Source of the DNA: Ylistrum balloti
Taxonomy: Eukaryota
Direction of reading: 5' to 3'
Length of the DNA: 64,000 nt
Assembly (NCBI RefSeq): GCF_031769215.1
Contig: NW_026781887.1
Coordinates: forward strand, 186,001 to 250,000
Part shown: positions 41,601-52,870 of the stretch, in pieces
Position numbering within the stretch: position 1 is the stretch's first letter
Layout of the letters: each line of letters begins with the position of its first letter
Position numbers and translations under genes: made by a program
Notes under the pieces: generated by a model
Told to the model about the DNA's origin: nothing
Database searches by the model: none
What the model saw: the letters and a program-made list of their open reading frames with translations, nothing else

Positions 41601-43753
41601 AACGACGTCTTAGTCTGGAATAGAGAAACTTGTTCAAAGTATGGGGATATCAGGTTAGTAGTTCTATAGCGACATCTTTAGTCTTGAATAGAGAAACTTG
41701 TTCAAACTCTGGTGCTCTCAGGTTAGTAGTTTTATAGTGACGTCTTAGTCTGGAATAGAGAAACTTGTTCAAAGTATGGGGATATCAGGTAAGCAGTTTT
41801 ATAGTGACCCTCTTTATTCTGGAATAGAGAAACTTGTTCAAAGTATGGGGATATCAGGTAAGCAGTTCTATAGCGACATCTTTAGTCTGGAATAGAGAAA
41901 CTTGTTCAAAGTATGGGGATATCAGGTTAGTAGTTCTATAGCGACATCTTTAGTCTGGAATAGAGAAACTTGTTCAAAGTATGGGGATATCAGGTAAGCA
42001 GTTCTATAGCGACATCTTTAGTCTGGAATAGAGAAACTTGTTCAAACTCTGGTGCTCTCAGGTTAGTAGTTTTATAGTGATGTCTTAGTCTGGAATAGAG
42101 AAACTTGTTCAAACAATGGGGATATCAGGTAAGCAGTTTTATAGTGACCCTCTTTATTCTGGATTGGAGAAACTCACCCAAATTCTGGAGCTATCAGATA
42201 AAAAGCAGTCTTATAGCGACGTCTTAGTCTGGAATGGAGAAACTCATCCAAAACCTTAATTAGTTATTTGGAAATTTTCGACTCATTTTGTACTGATGTA
42301 TCAAATCATCATTTAAAAATCAATCATTGAGGTTAATTTGTCAAAGAAAAGTTAGGTTAAAAGTGTGTTCTCATTTGTTCTCATCTATAGATGTTAAATA
42401 TTACTGACAAGGTATGTAGATAACTACAGGTTATCATTCTCTGTTTTTGTCACATACATACAGAATAGAATTTGTGATTACATGTACATAAGGGCTCTCA
42501 CTGAAAACACCTGTTATCAATATATCAGGATACTTAAGACAGTTGACATTGATGCATTTAACAAATATCAATGTTTTGGAAATTGCATTTGTACATAACA
42601 GCGATAACTCACATGTTGCTTTTAATTACAATAGAAGGATGTAAAAGGCGTTACAGAATATTGTAACAATATATCAATATTTTAGCCAGTTGATGATATA
42701 ATGCTGCTTTTTTCCCTTCAGTGACAGTGCTTAATTTTATCAGAGATCTGAGTATGCTTACACAATGTTTTATGGTACCAAATTTTTAAAGTGAACATTT
42801 GCAGTATCCTCCTGATCTAGCAAATAAAAGCCATAGATAGTTAATAACTGTTTACTTTAATCTCTGACCTAAATTTCCACAGGCTTGTACTGAAATGGTG
42901 ATGCCATCCTGCTCCAATGGTGTGACAGACATGTTTGAACCTACCACCTACAACTTCAGTCAGGTTTCTGATGAGTGCTTTAAACAGTTCAAAATCCGGC
43001 CGCGGAAGTCTTGGGTCATAACAGAGCGGAAAGTCTTGCCAGCAATATCATCTTCAGGTAAACAGTTTAACAGAGTAGGGTTTCAAGTCTTGGGGGAAAA
43101 ACATTAAAACTGCCAGCAATATCATCTTCAGGTAAACAGTTTGTGCAATCTTGACAGAATTTTCTACGATAGGGTTTCCTAGTTCCTTCAATATTGAGGG
43201 TTTTAAATACAAATTACGTAATCAAGAAAAGAACCCTTAATGAGCCCCTGGTTTTCATCTTGATTTCGCAATTACCATCTGTAGGACTCTATTAAACTCC
43301 CTTCCTGCACATATACTTGTACAAATCATATACTTCAAATCACAACATGTCCTGATATGTTCTGTGGTGATATGGATAACATCATGTCTGTAGTGAAGGG
43401 GCTATTCATTTTAAAGAAAGGGTCACTAAAAAAGATGACACCCATTACCTTTGGTATGTTTGAAATGACTTCATGGATATTTTGAAGAAGTATTTGATAT
43501 TTTGAAGAATTATTTGTTCTTGTGGTAGTAAAAAACTTCATTACTTGTTGACAGTAACGGCCTTCTTGACCCGTGGTCTTCTGGTGGCGTGCTGAAGTCT
43601 ATCTCACCCAGTCTTACAGCCATCATCATCCCTAATGGTGCTCACCATGTAGATCTTCGTACCTCAAACCCAAAGGATACACCAGACATCACCAAGGCTA
43701 GGCAGACAGAGGAATATATCATTAAAGGATGGGTCAAGGGAGACAACTCATGA
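32656..43753 (+). CDS. PRCP: Lysosomal Pro-X carboxypeptidase (prolylcarboxypeptidase, S28 family), 9 exons; exon 8 frameshifted as assembled
   Basis: Exons 32656-32814, 33665-33805, 35144-35245, 35516-35697, 39375-39532, 40670-40842, 41353-41517, 42883-~43131 (3' end scrambled), 43555-43753. Signal peptide; [24 protein letters not shown], nucleophile motif [24 protein letters not shown], catalytic Asp in [11 protein letters not shown] and His in GAHHVDLR. Confidence 0.95.
35671..37936 (+). repeat. 50-bp minisatellite, ~45 units, spanning the PRCP exon 4 donor
   Basis: Unit gatcagatacccttatgttgtggatgg|gtaaggtaaaacatgaaattcta. The first unit is the last 27 nt of exon 4 (gatcaaataccctaatgttgtggatgg). 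Confidence 0.97.
38074..39140 (+). mobile_element. Non-autonomous Helentron-associated (HINE/DINE-1/Pearl-like) element
   Basis: T-run then subterminal motif TTTAGCCCACCA (~38078-38089) with inverted partner TGGTGGGCATAAA (39101-39113); 3' hairpin GATCC-ctcta-GGATC then TCTTGTT (39119-39140); about 5 diverged internal repeats 'gat(c/t)attctcaa.tt.atatgtag'. Confidence 0.7.
39510..40240 (+). repeat. Compound minisatellite (63-bp x ~6, then 38-bp x ~9) spanning the PRCP exon 5 donor
   Basis: Exon end catcaacacattaggtgctacag|gtacat aligns to the unit catacaacaccatggaggctacttgtacacagcatcacagattgtaaagacaggctaattcac. The 38-mer is the same unit minus 25 nt. Confidence 0.92.
41505..42245 (+). repeat. 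~67-69-bp minisatellite, ~11 units, spanning the PRCP exon 7 donor
   Basis: Unit atggggatatcag|gtaagcagttttatagtgaccctctttattctggaatagagaaacttgttcaaaca. The first 13 nt are exonic. Confidence 0.95.
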
Positions 43754-43802
43754 GCTCCTCATGTTTCCTGGACAGAATTATTGTTTTAACAGTCACTACT
43801 AT

Positions 43803-43916
43803 ACAGTTTATACTTGGTAACTAAACAGTTTATACTTGGTAACTAGTTAACTAGACAGTTTATATTTGGTAACTAAACAGTTTATACTTGGTAACTAGAC
43901 AGTTTATACTTGGTAA
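43803..43916 (+). repeat. 22-bp tandem repeat x ~5 in the PRCP 3' UTR region
   Basis: acagtttatacttggtaacta(a/g) repeated. Confidence 0.85.
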
Positions 43917-44562
43917 ATTTTAACAGTTTCTACCAAAACAAATTATTTTTAATATAAGGCAAAATGATGAGAAAATATTACATACTGACAAAGTTTTTTT
44001 TTAACGGTTAAATTTTCACAAAAAGTTTTAAGTAAAAGATGTTTATAAACATTTTTTTATTTCAAAGGTTTCTGATTTTTCGCAGCTTTTTTCCATTCTC
44101 AGAAAAAGAAAAAAAATATGTGAGCTTCATTTATTTAATATAAAGGATCTGAACATTCCATAATGTAATTATTGTAAGTAACAAGGGGCAGGTGTGGGGG
44201 CAAAGGAGGCCTTTTTTGTTGTCTCCTTTATTACTGGTTTTTTTATCACTCAATCATGCCTTCGTGTCCCTTTCCAACATATATATGCTATCATATTTCT
44301 CGTATCTCAGATTTGCTTTCTTTTAATTGATGTCGTGTAAAATGTTCCAAAGATATTTTATACTCTATGTGTTAACTGATGGCCTCAGCAGATCTATACT
44401 CTCCGATTCCTTGAAATTGATCTGGTGTAAATATGAATGGTTAAGATATTTTTAATTATCTCAGGTGTAAATATGAATTGCCAAGATGTTTTACAGTATC
44501 ACTTGTGTAAATATGAATGGTCGAGATAATTTCAGTTACATTGATTGTAAATGTAGACATCT

Positions 44563-44803
44563 GGCCCCAGTGACTCAAAAGTTTATTGAAGTTAACCAGT
44601 GAATAGTGAAAAGTTCAAATTGCTGAACTGAACAAACAAGAGTGTTAAGGATAAAATTAAAGTTATAAATATATCGTTATGGCTTGTCTTATCAAATCAA
44701 CATATGTGAAATGATAAAGAATGTTTCCAATTTTTTTATTTCATGTTTGGAAGTTTTCACTTACCACTGGTTATCTCTAACCAGTCATTGAACAACTGGG
44801 GCC
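44563..44803. mobile_element. MITE with ~50-bp imperfect terminal inverted repeats
   Basis: Left end ggccccagtgactcaaaagtttattgaagttaaccagtgaatagtgaaaa; reverse complement of right end ggccccagttgttcaatgactggttagagataaccagtggtaagtgaaaa. No ORF; TSD not clear. Confidence 0.7.
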
Positions 44804-45539
44804 CTATCACTAAGGACAGCACACGAGAGAAAACCAGCACAACTGTGATATAGAATCGGATTTAATAGCTAGTCAAATGTAACAAACACACATGTCTGGA
44901 ATTTTTATTTTTTATTTTATATTTATGCCTTAATTTTGTATGAAAAAAAGATGTTTAAATTGTCACCTAATTTATTTTACATAATGATACATCAGTTTTA
45001 TCTTTTGGAAATAGTTTTGATATCAGTGTCATGCGATAGTGATAATATTGTTTGTAATATGTAACCATATATTATAATGATCTAGTTATTGTATTACATG
45101 TCGGTTTAACATATGGTTTTACATTACCTTTTAGTGTGTATAATAACACTGAATTATCTTACATGATAATCAAATACCATTATACTTGTGTATGTAGACT
45201 GTTTTGTGGGTGTGCAATCTGAATCACTGAATCACAGTTTTCAGTTGATGAAAATCAAATTCAGGCTTATAAGAACACATTCTTATCGTTTCCTTTATTA
45301 TTTCGGATACATTTCCATGACTTTGGAATCTGGTTCACATGGCTTTAAGTCTTTTCTATTATTTTCCTTTTTACAGCTTAACCTTCAAGTTGTATATGTA
45401 CACCTAGTATAGATTAAGATGCACTAAACATTAGTACACACAATACTATGTACAGATTAGTTCACTCAATCTAAAAAATAAATAAAATTTATTTATTTCA
45501 CAATTTCTATTAATGACTTGTTGGTCCATATAGAAGGAT

Positions 45540-45660
45540 GTGAAAGGTCGTACCCATGTGGTTGGGTAAGTCACCCCTAGCTTTTCACATCCATTCCAGG
45601 AATTAACGCCAGGACATCTAATTGGAAGAAGAATGTGTTACCACTACACCACCCACTCTA
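45540..45660 (-). mobile_element. tRNA-derived SINE copy (family A), truncated
   Basis: Minus strand: A-box TGGTGTAGTGG, degenerate B-box, then 'ggatgtgaaaagctaggggtgacttacccaaccacatg', homologous to the other copies. Confidence 0.6.
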
Positions 45661-47244
45661 TCTACATGATACGAAGTAGGGGAAGTAACTCCCTCAGTAT
45701 GTCACAGTGGAGAGTTAAAAAGATTCCAATGGCTAAATTGTATGTATTCTATAACTTATTATGTAGGAGGACATAGTTCAGTGGCATTAATTAGTATGTG
45801 GACTGTGAAAATATTCTTATCTGAAATATTAATTTGTCTAGTAGTGTCACAGTGCTGCTTGGAGAGATTACTACACATGTACATGGATCTGCTTTGTGGA
45901 TGAGATATCTCAACCTGAGTATAAGAGTTAGGCTGATCAAGGTTTCATATAGGATATATTCTATGGCATTAAGAAGAAATAAATCAATTGATAAAGCAAG
46001 ATCTATTTAGAGATTCCTGGATTAACTAGTACAATGTTTAAATTCAGTGATGATATTATCTTGACATGGCCTCAGCTTCTATGCATTTGTATATATCTCT
46101 CATTCAACACAGTCTGACTGGTCGCAATGCTTTTATAACCAGGATTTTCAAGGATCCAAAAATGACTCAACATATTAATAATCATCAATAATTTATGGAT
46201 ATTTCAATGAAAACTTCAGCATCTGCTGACATCACTTAGCGTGTTTCTCTAACACACCAGAGGGATTTGAATATTGCCTTGTTTTGGTACCATGTAATGA
46301 TGTTGTAATGAATAAAGAACAATGTATGTTTACATTTAAACCGTGACAAAATAGTTGTTTATGATGTGTACCAATCATTGCAGTGATTAGTATTGTATTA
46401 CCAGTGTCCTAATGTGCCCGTTAATTCCCGCTACAAACTACCATTACATACAGTGAAAAAACAATATCAACATCATTCAACATCGGAACAGACAAGGGAC
46501 TTGAAACATTGTCTTAAAATTCATTGTAATAACAAGGACAGGATTTTTTATTGTGAGATTTCTGGAACAATTCTTAAAATACCTCAATAATGAAGCTACA
46601 GTATAAAGGCTGCTTAAACAAAGTGGATATGTGATCGTAAAACAAAGATTAATAGGGATCAAAGCAGCAGTTTCTTAAAGTCATAAAACACGGAAATAAT
46701 ACCAGCTGATGAGAATACATACACACACTCAAAGGTCGTAAACATAGAAAACACTTCAAACTGTACCTGCAGTCAAACTCAGCAGTAACATGAAGACAAA
46801 TCGTGCTGAAAAAACAGTTAAATTAGCAACTGAAAGTGCTGGGTATTGTGGTATTATATAAACATACAAAGAATTATCTGTAAGTTAGAAGTGTTACCAA
46901 AGAACTCAATAATAACAGTTTTATATGTGATGTTCTCGGTGGAAATTTTTCCGTAAAGTTGAATTATATTTTGATGTGAATCAGAAATACATATCAGCAA
47001 TATTTCAATGTTATGGGTATAGAAGGATAACAAGGTCACTACTAAAACTACTCTATGGAGTGTATCGTGCTTGATAGAATGAAAAGGACATGTTAACCAA
47101 AGCGAAAACAAATACTCATCACAATTCATTTCAGAGATGTTTTCAAACAATTTCTGCCATTCTGACTACAAATAAGATATTTTCTACTGTGATAAATTTG
47201 TTTAAATGACTGTTGACCGTCGTCAACTCTCAAGATACTGTTTG

Positions 47245-48185
47245 TGATGAACTCTTTATATATTTATTATGACCAACTCCTTACATATTGACTGTGACCA
47301 ACTCCTTACATACAGACTGTGACCAACTCCTTACATACAGACTGTGACCAACTCCTTACATACAGACTGTGACCAACTCCTTACATACAGACTGTGACCA
47401 ACTCCTTACATACAGACTGTGACCAACTCCTTACATACAGACTGTGACCAACTCCTTACATACACACTGTGACCAACTCTTTATATATTGACAGTGACCA
47501 ACTCCTTACATATTGACTGACCAACTCCCTACATACAGACTGTGACCAACTCCGTATATATCGACCGTGACCAACTCCTTACATATTGACTTTGACCAAC
47601 TCCTTATATATTGACACTGACCAACTCCTTACATATAGACTGTGACCAACTCCTTACATATAGACAGTGACCAACTCCTTACATACACACTGTGACCAAC
47701 TCTTTATATATTGACAGTGACCAACTCCTTACATACAGACTGTGACAAGCTCCTTACATATAGACTGTGACAAACTCCTTACATACAGACAGTGACCAAC
47801 TCCTTATATATTGACAGTGACCAACTCCTTACATACAGACTGTGACAAGCTCCTTACATATAGACAGTGACCAACTCCTTACATACACACTGTGACCAAC
47901 TCCTTATATATTGACTGTGACCAACTCCTTATATATTGACTGTGACCATCTCCTTACATATTGACTGGCTAACTCCTTATATATAGACTGTGACATCTCC
48001 TTATATATTGACTGTGACCAACTCCTTACATATAGACTGTGACCAACTCCTTACATACACACTGTGACCAACTCTTTATATATTGACAGTGACCAACTCC
48101 TTACATATTGACTGGCCAACTCCTTATATATTGACTTTGACCAACTCCTTACATACAGACTGTGACCAACTCCGTATATATCGAC
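47245..48185. repeat. 25-bp minisatellite, ~37 units
   Basis: Unit actgtgaccaactccttacatacag with 22-25-nt variants; abuts the Tc1 remnant. Confidence 0.95.
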
Positions 48186-48865
48186 CGAGTGGGTTTATCC
48201 TCCTCATTGGGGTGTTGTCCCTTTCTTCCAAGAGGGCTGCTCCCAGTTGGGCCAGAGTAACAGGGGAGACTGACGTCGTCGTACCTGTCTATCCAGCTGG
48301 TCCCAAAAGTACTCGATAGGGGATAGGGACTGTATGGCGGCCAGTCCAGTGGAGGGATATTGTTGTTAATGACAGAGTTGCCACAGATCCTGGCTACATG
48401 GGGACGAGCATTATCCTGCTGGAATCTGTGGCTGTTATGCTGCAATAATGTAAAGACATGGGTCGGAGGATCTCTTTATCTAGCGTCAGTTAAATTACCC
48501 GCTACCACAACCAGTGGTGATTTAACTCCATGCGAGATCTCTCCCCACACCATAACCGATCCACCCCTATGCAGCAGTCGGCAAAATGTTCTCCACGATG
48601 TCGGTATACACGATGTCAAACTTCTGCTCGAAACAGAGTGAACCATGACTCGTCAGTTAACAAGTCCCGTCTCCACTGCCTCAATGATGGATAGGACGCC
48701 CAGACCAAGATCTATCAGCAACCCGCCCGGTTTCCCTTAGACGTCTTACAAGACATTCTATAGTACATATATGGACACCTAAATGTCTGGCAACCTGCAT
48801 TTGCCTTTGACCTTGCGTAATCATTGCAATGGCCTGACCCCTCTGAACTCTGTCAGTCGTGCCAT
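48183..48865 (-). mobile_element. Tc1/mariner-superfamily (Tc1-like) transposase remnant with stops, frameshifts and deletions
   Basis: Minus-strand pieces in the expected order: ATG at 48865, HTH GQAIAMITQGQRQMQVARHLGV, SGRP, LLTDESWF (first catalytic D), GGSVMVWG, FQQDNARPH (second D), WPPYSP. Confidence 0.92.
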
Positions 48866-51149
48866 TGTTTTATGCTATCAGAAATTAATCAAAATATCAG
48901 AAAACGATGTATCTCTATGAAGACTACCTAATGGTATGATGAGCAGTGTTTCTCAATGTCACAACACTGCTATGCACGAGATTTTCCCATTTCGTGCTTT
49001 CCCCGGAAGACAATGTTACACAATGCAATATTAGATACAGGACCATGTGCACTGTAACCCAGAGAGTTGCTTGACCTATTGAAATCAGATTATGCATATT
49101 AGTACCGAATTATTTCCAATGATTATTTTTGTCATTTAATATTCATTTCAGAAAAATACCATTTGGTCTACGAATAAACATCGTTGCGATTCGTATTTCA
49201 TGTTATCGAGTTTATAGTATAAATATCATGTCATTTCTAGAGGGTCCATTCATCAAAGTGTCAACATACTTGATACCATTGGTTCGTTGCTCGCCTTGAC
49301 GTTCCATCCCTGCCTGGTGTTGGATCGTACTTCTCAGCGCACCCAAGTACACCTGCCAGGTTAAATTGTGCAGTGCCATTCACGCGAACACTAGAGTTCC
49401 AGGTACGGATCGGTACCCCATATTTCCGCTGCAGTTTTTACCTGGATCTATTGAGAGATAATTAAACCTGTAATAGATAATTCACATTAAACATTAGCTA
49501 TTAAACAAACAGACCTGTAGATACGTGAAGTGTAAGACGAGCATGCCGTGATTCAGTAGGCGCAGGTTTTCTGGCACGACTCAGAAGATGTCACGGGCTA
49601 TACAATGGTATTTTTGGTCTTGTTTTTCAATCCATGCCTGACTACAGTGAGAAATATTTGGTAAATGTTGCATTACAGAGTAGTCAACACTCTATAGAAC
49701 AAAATCGAGACAACGGAGTAAAGGAAGGCATACTTCTTTCTCTGTCTGGAACCTCATTAGATTTGTACAGATATAACTAGAGACATCTAAAGTAATCTCT
49801 GATACTATTTATATCACAAAGTAATGAGACAATGCATGTTTAATTAGTTTGATAATGAATATCGGAAATGTTCATCTACAAATGAATGAAAGAATTAATG
49901 GTTGAATAAATGAAGAACCGATCTTCCTTTGTAAACAAGAAATACTTGACATTATCATCAGCTTCCTCTCGCCCGAAAAAAAAAAGCACTTTCGCGATTT
50001 TAAAACATCTTTAGAATATCCACCTGTAAAAGTATACATATCTCTATAGATGTGGCTTATGTATATGAAGGTAGTGAGATATTTTATTACGTCTATTAAA
50101 TACATCCCGTCTTTATGTGAATAGTATTATATCTCAAGTTTTATGTTTTCGTTGTCGGGGAGGTCGACCGATCACATACGTACCCCGTGTACCTGTTTCT
50201 CCATTGTACCTCCGTTTTAAGTATTGCAATATATCAGCAACACACTAGTTTTGTAAATGAAATACGCTCTTTCTCTTTCTTTCATTTTCGTTTTATTTCT
50301 TTCAATAAGAAACCAGTTCCTTTGTCTAAAACCTTTTGATCTTTTGATAGTACAAATTGTATGTGCTTTTTAACAACAGTTTTATATGTACTACAGTACA
50401 ATTAATCAATGGGATTTTATTCTTGTCGTCACGATATGCCATATGGCAACTTTTATGAATAAAAATAGTTTATAAAAATCGTCAGCATCTCCGATCCCGC
50501 TATCTTTAAATCCTTTGTGTAGAACAATAAAACACTAATCGGGAAGTCGTTTTTGGTATTCAAGTATTATTTTAATATAGATCTGAAATTCAGAGTATTT
50601 ATTTACAAAAGAATCGGGCACAAGTTAGTTCAACTTATAGTTGCCCTTTCCTCAATGCATTGCGTCTTGGCTTCCTCGACATTCCTTGATTACGATCATT
50701 TACTTGTATGAGATCCTGACAAGATCGGCATTGATTGTAACCCATGGACTTTCAAGGACAGGCTCAATTTTTGAGATTTTCCCCCTTCTTTTTTGCCACA
50801 GGCCAGACAGATGTATCATCTGCCTCTACATAATTCGAGTTTGAAAAAGGTTAACTAATACATGAAAATTATGGGAAATATCTTAAATACCTGCAACACT
50901 AAAACTATCAAGTGAATGAACACTTATGTAGTTATACGTGGGGTTCACCAGGACAAATTTGAATCGAGCTGGTTTGAAATCTCGATCTCGCATTTGACAA
51001 GTAAGTAAATTAAAGGGGAATTCAATATTTACGATTCCGAAATCGAAGTTGTGTTAATATCCACACCGAAGTAAGGCACCGTAACTGATGACTGTGATGT
51101 ATAGAGGAGAATAACGGCAATATAATTGATGTTCGCGATATATAATATG

Positions 51150-51670
51150 ATGTGTAAAAGAGACATTAGTGTTAACTGATGTTTGTAAGGAAGAGTGGGG
51201 CGCTGCAAGTTAACTGATGTTTGTAAGGAATAGTGGGACCCGACAAGTTAACTGATGGTTGTGACGAATAATGGGACCCGGCAACATAACTGATGTTTGT
51301 GACGTATAGAGGAGCTAGGGAATAGACTAGGCAACATAACTGATGTTTGTGACGTATAAAGGAGCTAGGGACTAGACTAAGCAACATAACTGATGTTTGT
51401 GACGTATAGAGGAGCTAGGGACAAGACTAGGCAACATAACTGATGTTTGTGACGTATAAAGGAGCTAGGGGACTAGACTAGGCAACATAACTGATGTTTG
51501 TGACGTATAGAGGAGCTAAGAGACTAGACTAGACAACATAGCTGATGTTTGTGACGTGTAGAGGAGCTAGGGGACTAGACTAGGTAACACAGCTGATGTT
51601 TGTGACGTATAGAGTAGCTAGGGGACTAGACTAGGTAACATAACTGTTGTCTGTGGTGTATAAAGAGCCT
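51150..51670. repeat. Minisatellite with ~34-35-bp units followed by 50-bp units
   Basis: Core aactgatgtttgt; mature unit ggcaacataactgatgtttgtgacgtatagaggagctagggactagacta x ~8. Confidence 0.92.
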
Positions 51671-52439
51671 AGACTAAGTTATTTTCGTAAAATTGTTTCG
51701 AGTGTTCAAAAGAATTTTCTTTAAACTTTATTAAATGATTTTATGTTAAACTCTCGAACTGTAGGTCTTAATAAATCATGAATCACGTGTATAGACTAGT
51801 TTTAAAAAGCGTGAGCAGGAATCACTTGGCTATTGTAGATATTTTATTGGCTAGATTTATGACAGAGATACCTGAACAACGCCCAGCTTTTATCTGTGTT
51901 TCGTTATCCCCAATAGGTTCACGCTGTACATTTTAAACATGTTTATTTCCACATAAGTGTTTTTGAAATATCAGCTGAAAAGGAGGTAATGGAAAACAGA
52001 CGTGTGTTGTGATTTACTACAAGTTAATAAGCTTGGTCTACATTGTTCGGACTGTTTTCTTCCTTCCGGTAGCAATTTTCTTGATATCACATTAAATATA
52101 TCAAAATAGTTGTGGAAGTAATAAATGATACCCACGTACCCGTTCACATCTTCGTGTGAATATATTTACTCGTGGTGTGTGGGGTACCGAGTTCTAGGTC
52201 CCTTCTCACAAAATTATCAAAATTACTTAAAGAGAAATATTGACATGAAATATATTTCAATTAATCCTTAATCGTGATGTACAAAATAAGACGACATCTC
52301 TCAGAGATCTGGCGCCCTATCGCGCCCTATCAATGGATCTTTATTTGGTCTTCAAAAGATGGACATTTGTCCTTCTCTATTTGGTTTTTTCTCTTCTTTA
52401 TATATAAATTGAAATTTATTCTTAATCTTTATCTATCAA

Positions 52440-52870
52440 ATCAAAGATGAAAACTTGTCGGCCACTTTGTTTTTCTGACCAGTCCCAAAAACAGATGGCC
52501 ACAAGTGGGAGGTAAGGGGATTTGAGAAAGATTCATCATTTTCTTCAAGAAATAACAACAAACTTTAATCGACAAAATCCAAGACAGTCCCCTCTTAACC
52601 CTTTTGTTTTGTTTTTGTTTGTAAGTAGAGACGAACCTACATATGAAATCTGAGAAAGATTTACGAAGTACCTCCCAGGTAATTTCATTGTCAAAATTTA
52701 AAATGGCCGCCTGTCAGCCATTTTGGTTTTCTGTACAATACCAAGATCAAAAGGGCACAACTAGGATAGAATGTTGTCGAAAAAAAATGGCTTCCGCAGA
52801 TATGGATATACAAATACTATTGGAAAGGATGTATTGTTCGACTCCCCTGGACAGTCTGATTTCAACATCA
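52440..52870. mobile_element. Possible fragment of a Pearl/HINE-like non-autonomous element
   Basis: 'aaaatggccgcctgtcagccattttggttt' and 'gtcggccactttgtttt' resemble internal repeats of this element class as I recall them; ends not identified. Confidence 0.3.

Noticed and set aside
49220-49660. Minus-strand exon-like segments, including a CQKTCAY (ShK-like) string and in-frame TGAs
   Set aside because: All frames contain stops; no coherent domain, and no SECIS evidence for selenocysteine.
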